DNA of 50,499 bases, from positions 1-50,499 of the forward strand of contig QPGO01000344.1 of the NCBI GenBank assembly GCA_008632985.1, written 5' to 3'. Position numbers and translations under genes: made by a program. The number at the start of each line of letters is the position of its first letter. Position 1 is the first letter of the stretch. Below, piece after piece: positions 23,646 through 37,299 of the stretch. Below the pieces are notes generated by a model, which was not told the origin of the DNA, ran no database searches, and saw only the letters and a list, made by a program, of their open reading frames with translations. This DNA is from Psammoneis japonica. Its lineage: Eukaryota.

Positions 23646-24860
23646 CAAGTCTGTAAACTCACCATTCTTCAGGTTCAAAATACCACAAGCTACTGTGTGC
23701 TCGCTTGTGTCATTCTAATCCGTGACTATGACTCACTCTCACATCTCCAGTTTCACAGTGCTGCACGAGACGAATCCGCAATCTCCACGCTTGCTCATGC
23801 AGTGCTGACCTGCATCCTTCACGAGCTTGTTTGCATCGTTCTAACCTGCAAAAAGTGCCAATAGTTTTGCGCTCATGGTGACGCTGTTGCACGCACTTCT
23901 TCCCCGTACACACCAGCAATGATGACAGAAACTGCTCACGGCATCGCCGTCGCACTCATTGCTGGTGCGCACCGGCAATGCTGTCAGCACAGCAATGCAG
24001 CTCTTCCCAAAAGTGGATCACCACAAAAATGCTCCACACCCTTAATTTTCAGCACAATGGAAAAAGATTGACGCAAAACAAAAAAGAAGTGAGAAAACTG
24101 GTGAAAGCGCCACTGAGAATCAAAGTGGCACTCACGCACCTGTCTACCAGCTAAAATCTCACAATCGATTTTTTGGCAAACTTTGGACAAACCACAAATC
24201 CACAATTCTCATTGACACACAATGGGACCAAAACAATCGGACAGATTGTGAAATTGTCGCTAAGAATGAAACAAGAAACTGGAAAATCGGTGAAAGACTT
24301 GTTGAGACATCAAAATGCCTGCGGTGACACCGGCGGCACTCATCATTGTGCTGCGCCGCAGTTTCTTGCGTGGAACTCGAGCAGGAGGTCGTTTGTCTTT
24401 GCGTCTGTTTGAATCGAGATTTTCGGGACAGGTTCCCAACCCATTCTGATGGTCATTTTTGCCAACCGAGCTGTTGGCAAAATTCCATTTGAAATAGAAC
24501 AAGATTCTCAAATCGCTCACGAAACGCGACATCTGCGGTTTTCGTGTCAAGCGCATTGAATCTTGGAGTTCTCATCTCGCACTGACATGCACGAGGTCTG
24601 TTGTTCGACGAGATCAATTTTCTCATCGTTTGGCAGTGCATGCGGCGCATCACTGCCATTGTCAATCGCTGAAAGTTCTGAAAAACACTCGTGCGTGTTC
24701 TTACTGCACGATCACCATTTTGACGATTTTTTGCTTTCTGCTGTCCTCTTGAGGAAACAGTCATGGAGAACAGGAAATGACATTCTGTTGCGTCCCACTC
24801 TTCTCTGCAGAACGGCTTAAATGAAGGGCATTCTTGCACTTGCTGGGAGCAATGTCACCA

Positions 24861-25311
24861 TGCCCCATGCAAAAACAGGGTCTAAGTACTCAGTCACAAA
24901 GAGGTTGATAATCGTGTGTTGTGAAAATTATAAGATCATTTTAGTCAGAGCACAAACACGCGATGGTGTCTTTTTCCAAGAAACAAGAATTCTTGTCATG
25001 CAATGAGTCATTGGAAAGACTTGAGCACAAGTCTTTTGCAACACTTGTTGACACTCATGCGGAGCCAATTTGTGGGCTCATGCTCGGCACTGCGTGCATC
25101 CTACGCAGACCCTTCGTGCAAGGCGAGTCTCTTGCACGATGGCCAGTCGTGCCGGTCTCGGTCGCATGGAACTCCTGCAGCCTGTCGCAGGTCTCGTGCT
25201 GGGAGTCGCGTTCTCTTGCCACGCGCTTCTGCGGGATCAGCATCGCTGCGGACAGCCTGCAGACACAGGAAAGTGGCATCATCGGCGGCTGCGGCAGGGA
25301 TGCCTGCTGCA
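24861..25311 (-). repeat. 5' LTR of element B
   Basis: Followed on - by TGGTGACATTG (PBS-like). Confidence 0.88.
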
Positions 25312-26805
25312 AGATCTTGCATCAAGCTCTGTGTGTCTCGCTGTCATGCATGCACATGCTCTACATAAAACAGTCTTACAATTTTGCTCAACACCAAAAT
25401 CTCTATGACCAAGTGCTTGGACCCCACTTTTGCAATGGACAAAGTCCACATGTGTGAACGTGTGTTGACAACCACACAGTGGTGATGCAAGGGAAAGAGC
25501 ATTGCAGCACAGACCATGACACTGCACCTGCATTTGTTTGCTCAAGGAATTGATTTCAGTCACAATGGTTGACACTTTGCACACTTGCTTTTTGATGACA
25601 AACATGACAATGCCCGCTGTTCAGCAAGGCTCCATTGTTGGAAAATTTTCACCATGGTGGGCCTGCAGTGAAGTGTTGATCGAATTTCTGAAAATGGAAT
25701 TTTGAACTGTTCATGCACCAAATCATGTCACTCATGTAAAAGTCATCATGTAAAGTGTCAATGGTTTCAGGGGAGAAAATGATTCCTTGAAGTGTTGGTG
25801 GAGCGGAGAAGCACGGCACAAGCACGAGAAAAAAATCGGCCCAAACCCTGATTTTCATCTTTTTTTAACGCAAAAATTCTGCGTGATTTTTGTGCCAGTG
25901 CACATGGCTTGCAACAGTGGCACCAATTTCATGACACCAGTCTTTTGACTCCTGCAATGGCATCTGCACAGATGCTCATCTGCTGTTTAGACAGCAGCAA
26001 GGAATTGTTGTTTTTTTCCACCCATTTTCTCTTCAAATTCCATCAGATTGACAGTCTCGCTCATTTTCATTCATTGAGCATTCATCATCATCATTGAGAA
26101 ATGTTCAATGATGCACACATTTGGATCTGTCCAAGGTTTCTCATCACTGGATGTGTCCATTCAATGGATGTCTCATTCAGTCAGGAATTCTCACATTCTA
26201 CGACATTTGAGATTCTGAATTCCCTTCAGTGGATCCTGTCCTGATTGGCAGACAGACCAACCCATCACACTCAGGCTCTGCGGATCTGTGCATGCTCTTG
26301 CACATGTGACACACTCCAACTGCCATGACTGCTGCCCATGTCCACCCCAGACTTCTGGTCTTCTGCAGTTCTGCAAGGTGCACAAGGACAACTGTGAGAG
26401 GAAGCAGTTTGTGATTGTGGTCTGCGTTGGTGTTCAGGGTGCATTTCCCATGTTTGTTCATTTGTCCTTGGCATCTGACAGGGTCATCCCCACTGACATG
26501 AAATGACAAAGGTTCGGGCATCTTGTCCACCTCTGGTTGGCTTGTTGGCAGGTGTTTTTAACCTGTTGCTCCACTTGCAAGTGACCCAAAGTGTCGCCAG
26601 CTGTGGGTTCAGACATGCTGGCAACAACTCTGTGGACCAGGTGGGAAGCTGACACAGTTCAAGATTTCAAGTCAAGTTTCAAGTTAATTCAAGCCCAACC
26701 TTCAGCTCAAGTTCCAACACACTCCTTTCCGTTGCACCATGGTTCTCACCAGACAGCAACAAACTGACAGCTTTGAGCACATTTTGGGCACTGTTCTGGC
26801 CCAAG

Positions 26806-29800
26806 TGCAGCATGCCTCGCCACTGGACAACACGGCGAGACCATGCATGAGCCTCTTGCATGTGGCAATGCAGTGTTGTTAACATGCACCTGGGAAGCAC
26901 GACCACAGGAGGGCGTGGCTCTAGGTCTCAGGCAATCCCAGAAGGATGCCAAGAGAGCATCCGTGTGAAGCACACTGGCCCGTCGTCTGGCCCACGATGG
27001 CAGCGTGATTCCACACGATGACATCACTCATGCATGGCGCGTGATGGCTTGATTTGCACGATCCACAATGCGAGCGCACGATCGATTTGACACGATCCAA
27101 ACGCGAACGAACAGGGATTTAGCAAGATTCCCTGTTCGCATGATCCCATTTTCTCTGCTCTAAACTAGCTCACAATTTTCACAATGACAAAGTCGCAACA
27201 CATCTTCTTTTTCAGCACCCAGTGCACACATGGGGCACAGTGATGTTGATCCCGCATGTTGTGTGAGGTGACGAAATCTGCAGAAACGAAACTACGAAAT
27301 GTTGGCAGGACCGACAAATCTCAAAATGACCATGAAGAAGCACCATGAGTCCTCATTTGATGGGACATCAGGAGAATGGAAGGGAGAACCCCACCACATC
27401 CAACTCAAGGAGGGTGTAGAACCATGCCACGCTCGTCCGCACAAAGTGCCTCATGCGTGCGAAGCTGTGCCACGCAAAGAAGTGGAACGCCTGGCGTGCA
27501 TCGGTGTTCTCAAACGCATCAACCGATCCCAATGGGCAGCTCCATCATTTGTCACACCGAAGAAAGACTTAACGGCATGCTTCATCAATGATTTCAGAGA
27601 GCTGAGTGAACAGATCAAGCGATTGCCTCATCCGATTCCTGAGTGTCAATGTGCCGCAGGGCAATTGGTGCTTGTCAAACAGGAACAATCCTCTAAATGC
27701 GGTTCTGACAGCTGTGCAGGACCCGCCAGAGTTGTCCGTGCACATGACAACGGCACGTTGCGCATCCAGAACGGAGCGCTGATGGATGCGTGCAATCTAC
27801 GGCAGATTGTGCCCTGTCACCAGCAAGACATTCTGATCATGGGGGAGTGCACAGCATGCCTCGCCACTGGACAACACGGCGAGACCGTGCATGAGCCTCT
27901 TGTGCGTGGCAACGCAGTGTTGTTAACACGCACCTGGGAAGCACGACCACAGGAGGGCATGGCTCTAGATGATAAATGATGGAGCTGCCCATTGGGATCG
28001 GTTGACGCGTTTGAGAACACCGACACGTGCCAGGCGTTCTACTTCTTTACGTAGCGTAGCTTCGTACGCACGAGGTACTTTATACGGACGAGCGTGGTAT
28101 GGTTCTACACCCTCCTTGAGTTGGGTGTGGTAGGGTTCTCCCTTCCATTCTCCTAATGTCCCATCAAATAAGGACTCATGGCGTTTCAATAGTGCCAAAA
28201 GGTCGTTTTGTTGAACTGTAGAAAGTTTTATTGCCCCTCGCGTTATGTCCTCGAGGCAGGCCGGCGCGTACTTAGCGTCTAAAATACGTGAAATCCGGTC
28301 GGTTTCCGAAGATAAGTGTTCTGGATCTTGAAGATAGAAGGAGGTTTCCACCGTAGCATCTACGTGCCTCATTGGTACTTCTCCATTGACTAATGGCCAC
28401 TCTATCATCTGTTTAGAGAAGACAATATCAATGCCTTGTGTCTCCAGAATGTCACGTCCAACAATCATATCGTACTTGCCCAACTTTCCGTTGTGTACGT
28501 GGATGGTATGTTTAAGTTCTGCAGTTTCGGATAATTCTGGTAACCAAAATTTAACGGTACAGTCGTTAGACGTACTGAACGAGCCTGCTACCGTAGTCCA
28601 GTTTGTCTCAGCCGTTGAACGGCTTCGCAGACGCTTACAGTATCGACTATCGAGTAGAGTGCTGCTGGCGCCACTATCTAGTAGTGCCTTAATGGTTTGA
28701 GTCTTGCCCTTGCCATGTTTAGTGTTCATAGCCACAAACAAGATTGGAGTAAGATGAGTCTTTTTAACTCGTTTACGGGATTGGCCTACAACACGTGTAC
28801 GATGGTAATTCAGTTGTTCATTCACACATTCATCCAATGCATTAAAACTGCCTGCATTGTGTCGGCCCCCTTCTCAGGCGTCCGAATCTTCGGAATCACT
28901 TAAGTCGAGGTCGCGGAAGTGATTGAGCTCCTCCTCGCGTGCCTTGCGCTTTTTCTGAGCGTTGGCAAAGAACTCCTTGACCTTCGGTCCGATGAGAGCA
29001 TTGATGTCTTCCTCATTCCGAGCTTTTTTGTCAGGCTTGCTGCCTCCGTCATTGGAATGTGCAGTCTTGACACGTTTCACGTGGTGCTTGAGCTGACGGC
29101 AATCCTCCGTATGATGTCCACAGTCAGTCCCATGTGGCATGCACGACTTCTGGGTGTTCCGTTGGTTTGTGATCAACGACTCAGGATTGTCCGTTGTGCA
29201 TCCCCGCTTGCGTGGAACCTCAGCATGTTGGTCCAGGTCACCTTCGGCAAGCTCGACCTGCTCGATGCGCTCGCAGAACTGCACAAATTCGGCAATGGCA
29301 TGCGCCAACGGGTCAAAATTCTGCAACGTCATGAACTTCTGCCACGCGTTCAGCACACCGCACTCGAACATGTCGCACAGTTCGTCATTGGGTGATGGTG
29401 CCGGTGCTTCTCCATCCTCCGTCACGGGTGGAAACTGAGAGACACAGCCGTTAATTTCAACAGCCCTCTCAATGCAGTCATGAGTGGAAACCTCTGCGGG
29501 CTTGCGCATGAAGCGCCTCAGACAATGCTTCTGCAATGGTGCCGCCCTGTGTGGGAAGACACTTTCCTTTAGCTTCGCGACGCACACTGCGTGCGCAGCG
29601 TTGGTTTCGGATGCCTGCGTGTTAGCGGCATTGTTGAATGACGTCAGAGCATCGCCCTGTAGCAGGTCACGCATGAGGGCAAATTTCACTGGCCCGGTCG
29701 TCATGTTTTGTCCTTCGTGCACGCAATCCACGTTGCGTGGAAAGATCAGGAGTGTCTCGCATGTAGCCGCAGAAAGGCACGGGATGCCCATCTCGTGCAT

Positions 29801-30207
29801 TGGACTGTCCGGATCAGCAGGGTTGTTGTGCAGTTTGAACGTCTGGCACTCGCCCTGCTGTGGCTCTTTCTTCTCCGGCCGTGCGAACGGAATCGGCGGC
29901 TTGGTCCGCTTCTTCATCCCAAGAGAGCATCCGTGTGAAGCACACTGGCCCGTCATCTGGCCCACGATGGCAGCGTGATTCCACATGATGACATCACTCA
30001 TGCGTGGTGCGTGATGGCTTGATTCGCACGATCCACAATGCGAACGCACGATCGATTTGATGCGATCCAAATGCGAACGAATGGGAGTTTGGCAAGATTC
30101 CCCATTCGCACGATCCCATTTTCTCTACTCTAAACTAGCTCACAATTTTCACAACGACAAAGTCGCAACACATCTTCTTTTTCAGCGCCCAGTGCATGCA
30201 CAGGGCA
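26806..30207 (+). mobile_element. gypsy C copy 1, internally rearranged, 4-bp TSD CAAG
   Basis: LTR at 26806-27237, RT and integrase fragments at 27340-27830, PPT GGGGGAG, and a 3' LTR split into ~27850-27970 and ~29919-30207. CAAG at 26802-26805 and 30208-30211. Confidence 0.82.
27970..29918 (-). pseudogene. gag-pol: gypsy C gag, protease and RT start, inverted inside the 3' LTR
   Basis: ORFs 28874..30070 (Gag, knuckle CMPHGTDCGHHTEDC) and 27965..28837 (ALLDSGAS...WAAPSFII), homologous to 48850-50113. Confidence 0.88.
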
Positions 30208-33200
30208 CAAGATGCCAACAGTCCATTGCGCTTGGCCCTCAACATTGACAGGACAGACCACTGCTGGGATCTCTTCATGTTTGTTCTGGCCCAACTTGAT
30301 GCCCTGGTTTGCAATGATGGCACCAACCAAATGCCTTTGCCACGTGGATGCAAAGCACTCATTGTGGCATTGATTGGTTTCCACACCAAAAAAGGGCACA
30401 GTGGTGCCAATGTCAACAACAACCCCACTTTGTTCACACCCGAACAATTCACTGACTGTCATCTCAGTGCTGACTGCATCATGTCTCTCTCCACATCACT
30501 GGCACAACCCCATCTGCTCCTGCACCTGGCTTGTTGCCCCCTGAACCATGCAACCAGTGCATGACTTCAAACAAGGCATCAAACATGACCCACTTGCCTT
30601 TGCAACCCTCATGTCTGACAAACAGTGGCACATGTGGCACACTTCCATCATTGCACAGGCTTGTTCTCAGGATGTTGACCACATTCTTGATCCAAAGTGC
30701 AAGCCCTCTACACTTGAAGACAAGGCATTGTTTGATGAACAACAGAAGAGCATGCTTGCTGTCTTTGAACACATCTTGCAAAATGACAAAGGCGGGGCAC
30801 TCATCTGTGAACATGTCAACTCATCCAATGCCCAAGCTTTGTGCCGCGAACTCTGTGACTGCACCCTTGCATCCACCTGTGCATCACTTGAGTCATTGAG
30901 CCTTCTCACATGCATCACCACCACCCGTCTTGGTGATGGCACTTGAAAAGGTTCCACCCAGGTCTTTGCACTTCACTGGCAAGACCAACTCTGCAAGTGT
31001 GCAGCTCTTGTCTCAACTGCAGACCATTTCTCTGCTGGCAAGAAACGTGTCATGCTGGAAAATGCCATTCATCTTGTCAAAGAACTCCATTCTGTCAAGA
31101 ACCAAGCTGACCAGTGTTGCACACAGAGTTGCAAGAGCCTTTCCCATGAGTGACATTGTGGGCTCCAGCTTTCTGTGGCAGCACAGTGTGACAGCACTTT
31201 TGCACCCAAGACAGCATCTTGCACCACACGCCGTGCCATCTGCACCCATGACCTGGCCCCTGATGGCCCTGATGATGACGCATTCTTCAACATTGATGGC
31301 AACGTTGATGTCATCCAGGCTCCTGCTTCTCAAACTCATGGCCCATCCCTCACCAAAGAACAGTGGCACTGCATTCCGCCAGATCACCAGCGCATCTGGG
31401 ACACCCTGCCTCAGTCCACCAAGGCCATCATCCTTGGCTCACACACCACCCATTCTGGCAACTGCCATGAGTTTGAGGCTGTCAACCTTCATGAACTCTG
31501 TCTGGGAAGCGATGGTCACGTCGACTCATCTGCCAACACCCACGACCTTGCCTCCACTCCCATGGTGCCCGCTGATGCCACCAACCAGACAGACGCCAAT
31601 CCCATCCTGGCACACCTCACAAAGTGCAAGTCTTTCCCCCCCGGCAATCTGCAGCATCTCTTTTTGCCCAACAAACCTCCTTTGGCGTGCTCTGGTGTGA
31701 ACACCCCTGGTCTGACATCCTCACCTGGAGCCAGCACTGACACTGAGATCAACAGACACACTTGGCACTGCGTGAACAACCACAGCATGATCTGCTCTGC
31801 TTCAACCTGCACATTGACATGCTTGGGAACTCTGGTGGATGGTGGTGCCAATGGTGGCACAGCTGGCAATGATGTTCATGTCATCACATGCACTGGCAGG
31901 CAAGTTAACGTGCAAGGCATTGACAACCACCAACTTGTCAACATTCCCATTGTCACAGCTGGTGCTGTCATTGACATGCAATGCAGTCCTGTCATTGCCA
32001 TCCTTCATCAGTGCACCTGCACTGAAAAGGGCAAGACCATCCACTCTTGTGGCCAGCTTGAATGGCACAAGCACGATGTCAATGACCGGTTGGTCAAGTT
32101 TCCCATGGCCTGCAATGCATCACCACCATCAATGGCTGCATCATTCCCATCAACACCAAAAGCGGCTTGCCCCACATTGCCATGTGCCTGCACACCAACT
32201 CTGAATGGGACAATTTGCCTCATGTTGTCCTCACTGGCAATGACACCTGGGACCCGTCTGTGCTCAATCACCAGTTCAGTGACAACAAGAACTGGTGTGA
32301 TGCCTGCCACAACCCTGTTTGACGAGTTTGGCAACTGTCATCACAGCCACATTGTGAACAATGCCATGCTCACAGACTCCATCCTCCATGACCACCTCAC
32401 CCCGATGTCTGATTTCTTCTGTGAGTGCCATGAGCATGAAATCAAACCCAGGGATCCCAACCATGAGTCCCTGTGCTCCCATTTTGGCTTCCTCCCCAAG
32501 GACACTGTTTGCCACACATTTGATTGCATGGCTCAATTTGCCTGCATGCCTGCCAGCACATGTCTCAAAAAGGCATGCAAGTCACCCAATCTGGCCCTCA
32601 ATGTCCACTGATGCAGTGAGCCTGTTGCCACTGACACAGTGCATTCCAACACTCCTGCCATCAACTCTGGATGTGTCAGTGCACAACAGCTCTTTGTTGG
32701 TGTTGAGTCCCTTGTCACAGACATGTGTGGCACCAACACGGAGGACAAGGAATTTGTCAACACTCTTGAGGACAACATTTGTGACCATGGTGCTCCCTCC
32801 AAGCTCATCAGCAACTGTGCTCAAGTTGAGATCAGCAACAAGGTTTTTGGTGTCCTCTGTGCTCTCTTTGTCTCTGGTTGGCACAGCAAGCCCCACCAGC
32901 AGCACCAGAACTTTGCTGAGTGCCACTGCCAAACCATGAAAAACATGGCCACCACCGTGTGTGTGTGTTTTCTGCTCAATCACACAGCGTCTGCCAAGCT
33001 TCACTGGTGCACTCCCACTGAGGTGCTGTCTGGCTCTACTCCCAACATTGCCCCCCTCCTCTGCCTTCAATTGTGGGAACCAGTGCACTGCCACTTGGAT
33101 GATTCTGACTGGCCGTCTGAATCCCGTGAGTTGCGTGGTTGCTTCAGTGGGATTGCTGAACATGTGGGCCTTCAAACAACTTTCAAGATTCTTTCTAATG

Positions 33201-35611
33201 ACACCCAGAAGATTCTCTGCCAGTCCAACATCCGTTCTGCCAACAGCGACCCATCAACGTGCAACCTGCATCTTGATCCTCCTGATGGGGAGATTGCTGC
33301 ACCCATCATTAAATCCCGCCATGACTCTAAAGATTCACCAGATTTGTCAGATGGGGAGGAGATCAGGATGCCCAAGATGCCAGTCTTTGACTCCAAGGAC
33401 ATCATTGGACATGCCTTCCTCATGAAGCCACAGCACAGGAAATGAGAATTGGTGGAATCGAACAGAACATGTGCTTTTTCTCCTCATTCCATTTGTTCAT
33501 TCCACAAAAAATCAGGCCATTTTTGTGTTCTGTTTTGGGCTTTTCTGTGGAACATGCCCTCACATTTCAGATTAAAGTGTCAGCAATCTTGGAACACCAT
33601 GGTCACATTCCGTTCCAACCACCAAGACAAGTGCACTCCATTTTCATGTGGAATGTGAACTTGAAAATGGAATGACCGCTTCATTCCGTGCACAGGACTG
33701 AGGTCAATGGATTTTATTTTCAACAAAATGCAAGAACGGTGTGCCATTTGTTGGCACAGAGCATGTGTTGAGGCAAAAAACTGCAGCGAACAAACATTGT
33801 CTACATTGCCAATGTCACCACTCTGTTGTTTCATGCTCTCCATTCATCCCTCTGTGATTTTTCAAGTGACCACAGTGTCAAGATCAATGGTGAGCAAGAT
33901 GTTTGATGCTGCAATGCTGCTGCAAGACTGCTGCATTGCGTCTCATGGCATTTTTTGGTCTTCGATCATGGAAAATGTTGTGGGACATCCACATCTGAAA
34001 TTTAATTTTAACTTGTTGTTCAGTGAAAAAGATGGTGAGATGTTGACAGTTAAAATGTTTGACAAACATTGGAGTGAGAATCCTGAAATAAATGTTAAAT
34101 TTGTTCTTGCTTGTGTGTTGCAATGTGGTGTGAACAAATCAAGGACTTTGGAAAGAAACAACTCAAATCATGCAAGTGATGTGTTGATGTCAAAAAAAAG
34201 AAGGAAACATTTAATGACCATGCTCCGATTCATTTGACAGTGCTTGGAAAGACATCATTGAATTCTGTGTGACTTTGATTCCTCTGTAGTGGATGCGATG
34301 ATTTGTGCCGTTTTTGGATGTTTTTGATGACTTTGAAATGGGGGAACACTTGAGGGTCGCGCACTGGAGTTTTTGACACCCGGACCCATTTTGGTGCACG
34401 CCTTCATGTCTGTAGAATGCACTAAAATGTCAACGGTCCAAATCAAATTGTGTTTGGCATCTCAAAAGTGTTCCCCCATTTCGGTTCCTTGCCAATCAGA
34501 GAAATGAGGCGCAACATTTGTCATTCTAACAAATGTGTGTGTTTCAATGATCACACCTAAAACTTGCACCTCATCTTCCAAACAAACCGTTGGTGCTTGC
34601 CCCCCCCATTCTCCCCCCTGTGGAACAAGCAGACTCTCAGCTCTCCATCGATGCATCACATGTGGGGCTGTTGTTCGTACAAAATTTCAAGTGATCATTG
34701 ACATTCAACATCACGGCACCAGAGGAGAGGATTTGCATCGCAGCTACATTTTCTCACACTTCTTCTTGTTTGCTCTCATAAAAACGCAACACACCAGTGG
34801 CAGAGCACATCTGAAGCAACAATGGCAAACAATGGGAAGAACAACAGGATGAGTGAGTGGTGTGATTTGTGACAATTGCAGCACACATGATGGCAAGTTA
34901 TGGTGTGATTGTGCAGCACTTCTGAGTGAATGCTGATGTGCTGTCACGAATGTAGGCAGTTTACATGCTGTTGGCGATTGGTCCACTGTCGCTTGTTCAG
35001 TGGCCCCAGCAGCGTGACATCACACAATTCTAGAACCTGTTGATGCTGTTCAACACTCTGTCTTGTCTCACACCCAATTCTTAGCTGTCATGGCAGCATT
35101 TATTCACTTTGTCAGAGCCAACACGCTATGATGTTCATCGCCTGGAACGGGCATCGCGAACGGTGCGACGGTGTCCCATGGTTGCTCGCGCAATCGCTGA
35201 GTCCTTTACACATGTCAATGTTCATGCATGTGAACGATGTGCTCTTGGAGAACAGAGCTGTGATCCGTTAGACATGACGTTAGTAGACGGAATGTTTGAT
35301 CACATGGATGGAACATGTTGGCTAAGGCACACAAACATTCGTGATGAAGACAACACAATGATTTGTGCATTGAGGTCTGCCATTTGATCATGTGCATTTC
35401 ATTAATCTAAAAACGTTTTGAAATTGTTTAGACACTGCACATGTGGACACATGTCTGTTGGACATTGTCACTTGGGAGTAACACCGCCTGCTCGCGGGTT
35501 TGCTAAGTAGAAACCGCCAAATCGGCACGAGAACCACACATTTTTCTCACTTTCCTCCACTCACACAAGTGGATGCTCACGCGTCGAAACGCGAATAACT
35601 GCTGATGCACC

Positions 35612-37093
35612 ATGGCCGCTGCCGCAGCCTTTGCTGCCTGTCTTGCGCATTGTGGATGCAATGTGCAGACGCGCAACTGCACAGCCAGCCAAGGCTTTAC
35701 TGCTGTCGAGGACCTGGAACAGGTCCCTTTGATGGAAATCACCGACATGACTGAGGGCATCATGAAGAGTGTGGACACCGCCGCTGACCCCCAAGTCCGC
35801 TTTCCACACCTGGCGAATCGCAAGCTCAAGGCACTGCGCGCATGGATTGACTGCCGCAGAGCCCGAAACCAAGAGCCAACCACTGCACTCTTCGCTGGCG
35901 ATGTCATTGGAACGTGGACGGCACGTCTGACGGAACTGGAGCAATTCAAGTCCGCGGACTCGGACAATGAATCGGCCACCAAAACGGCCATTGAGCTCAA
36001 GAACCCACATGACTGGCCTGCCTTCCAAGAGCTGCTGGAGACCGAACTGCGTCATCACCGCAGTGCCGTCACCGGAGTGCCCTTCATCTGCCCAACTGGG
36101 GAACATGAAGAGGTCACTGCCGAGATGTTGGCTGCCACCTGCACTGCCATTGACGAGGACCTTGTTGCCACTGCTCGCCTTGCAGGAACTCAGCACACGC
36201 AGGATGGGCAACGCCTGTGTGATCTCTTGAAGAAACTGGTGACAGGGGGGCCCGGATGGGCTTTTGTCAAACCTTCCAATCACAATCGCGATGGTCGCAC
36301 TGCTTTCTTCGCACTTCAGAGGCAGGTGGAAGGATCGGCTGCTGCCACCACCCATGAGAACTGTGCTTGTGCACAGATTGCCACTGTGAAGTACACTGGA
36401 CGGGGTCGATTTACCTTTGACCAGCACATTCAGCGCCATCAAAAGGCTCACAACGACTTGTCTGAGCTTGATGAACCGGTGGCCGAGACCAAGAAGGTCT
36501 CTGACTTTCTGAAGGGTGTCTCCGACCCCAGGTTGGAAACTGGCAAGAGCGCAGTGGATGGAGATCCGATGAAGCTAGCAGATTTCGAGGCATGCCAGCA
36601 GCACATGAAAACTCTGGTCGAAAATGCCAAGAACCGCAATGCTGACACTCGCGGGATGGCATCCATCCAACGCCGCAACAACCGGCACAGCAACCCTGGT
36701 GGGAAGCACCAACCTAAGAAGGATGAGCCCAGGATCCGGGCAGGCCATCATCCCATTGAAGAGTGGAATGCTCTTGACGGTCCCGAATGAGAGCAAGTCC
36801 AAAAGCTCCACGATGCCAAGAAAGCCAAAAAGAAATGCAAAGCTGCTGCTGCATCCTTGGAGGCTGAGTCGGTCGATGCCAAAACTTGCGCTGTGAAGAA
36901 AGCAGCCATTGCCGAGCCCACTCCCCAACCTGCTGATAAACCGAAAGACTCTGAAGAGCCTGACAAACCTGCCGCCAATGCAGGCACCCAGTTTGGACGC
37001 AGTGTACACAAGAAACCTCAGAAGGTGTGTCGCTTCAATTCATTCATGTCAAACATCCTGTCACAACGAGAATGTCAGACGGACAGTCGATGA
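35612..37093 (+). pseudogene. gag: copia B gag
   Basis: 392-aa ORF with RDGRTAFFAL, YTGRGRFTFDQHIQRHQKAHNDL and KKVSDFLKGV. TGA at 36788 is probably from CGA. Confidence 0.8.
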
Positions 37094-37190
37094 TGATGAA
37101 TGCGACCAGGTGTGTCGCTTCCATTCACTCATGCCAAACGTCCTGTCACAACGAGAATGTCATCATGGACACTGATGACGACGATTCTTT
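37023..37190 (+). repeat. ~85-bp imperfect tandem duplication at the gag/pol boundary
   Basis: AGGTGTGTCGCTTC..TCCTGTCACAACGAGAATGTCA occurs twice (37023, 37108). Confidence 0.85.
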
Positions 37191-37299
37191 GTGTCACCGC
37201 CTGGTTGCTCAGGCAAATGTCTCCCACAACGACACTGAGGGAGACGGGCTACACGACCGGCATGACCTGGATGGTCCACCCGGATTGTGCCGAGTGGAA

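Larger units (their letters stand above)
19243..25311 (-). mobile_element. gypsy-type LTR element B with both LTRs and 4-bp TSD AGAT; gag/RT absent
   Basis: LTRs at 19243-19695 and 24861-25311 (TG..CA on -). PBS-like TGGTGAC at 24860 and PPT ACAGGGGCGAG at ~19700. AGAT at 19239-19242 and 25312-25315. Confidence 0.85.
25905..33430 (+). mobile_element. diverged copia A-type copy (partial 5' LTR, PBS, UTR, gag, protease, integrase), interrupted by gypsy C at 26806-30207 and truncated in integrase
   Basis: The Gag frame VLAQ|DANSPLRLALNID continues across the insertion. Motifs LVDGGANGG and SKPHQQHQNFAE are present. Confidence 0.85.
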
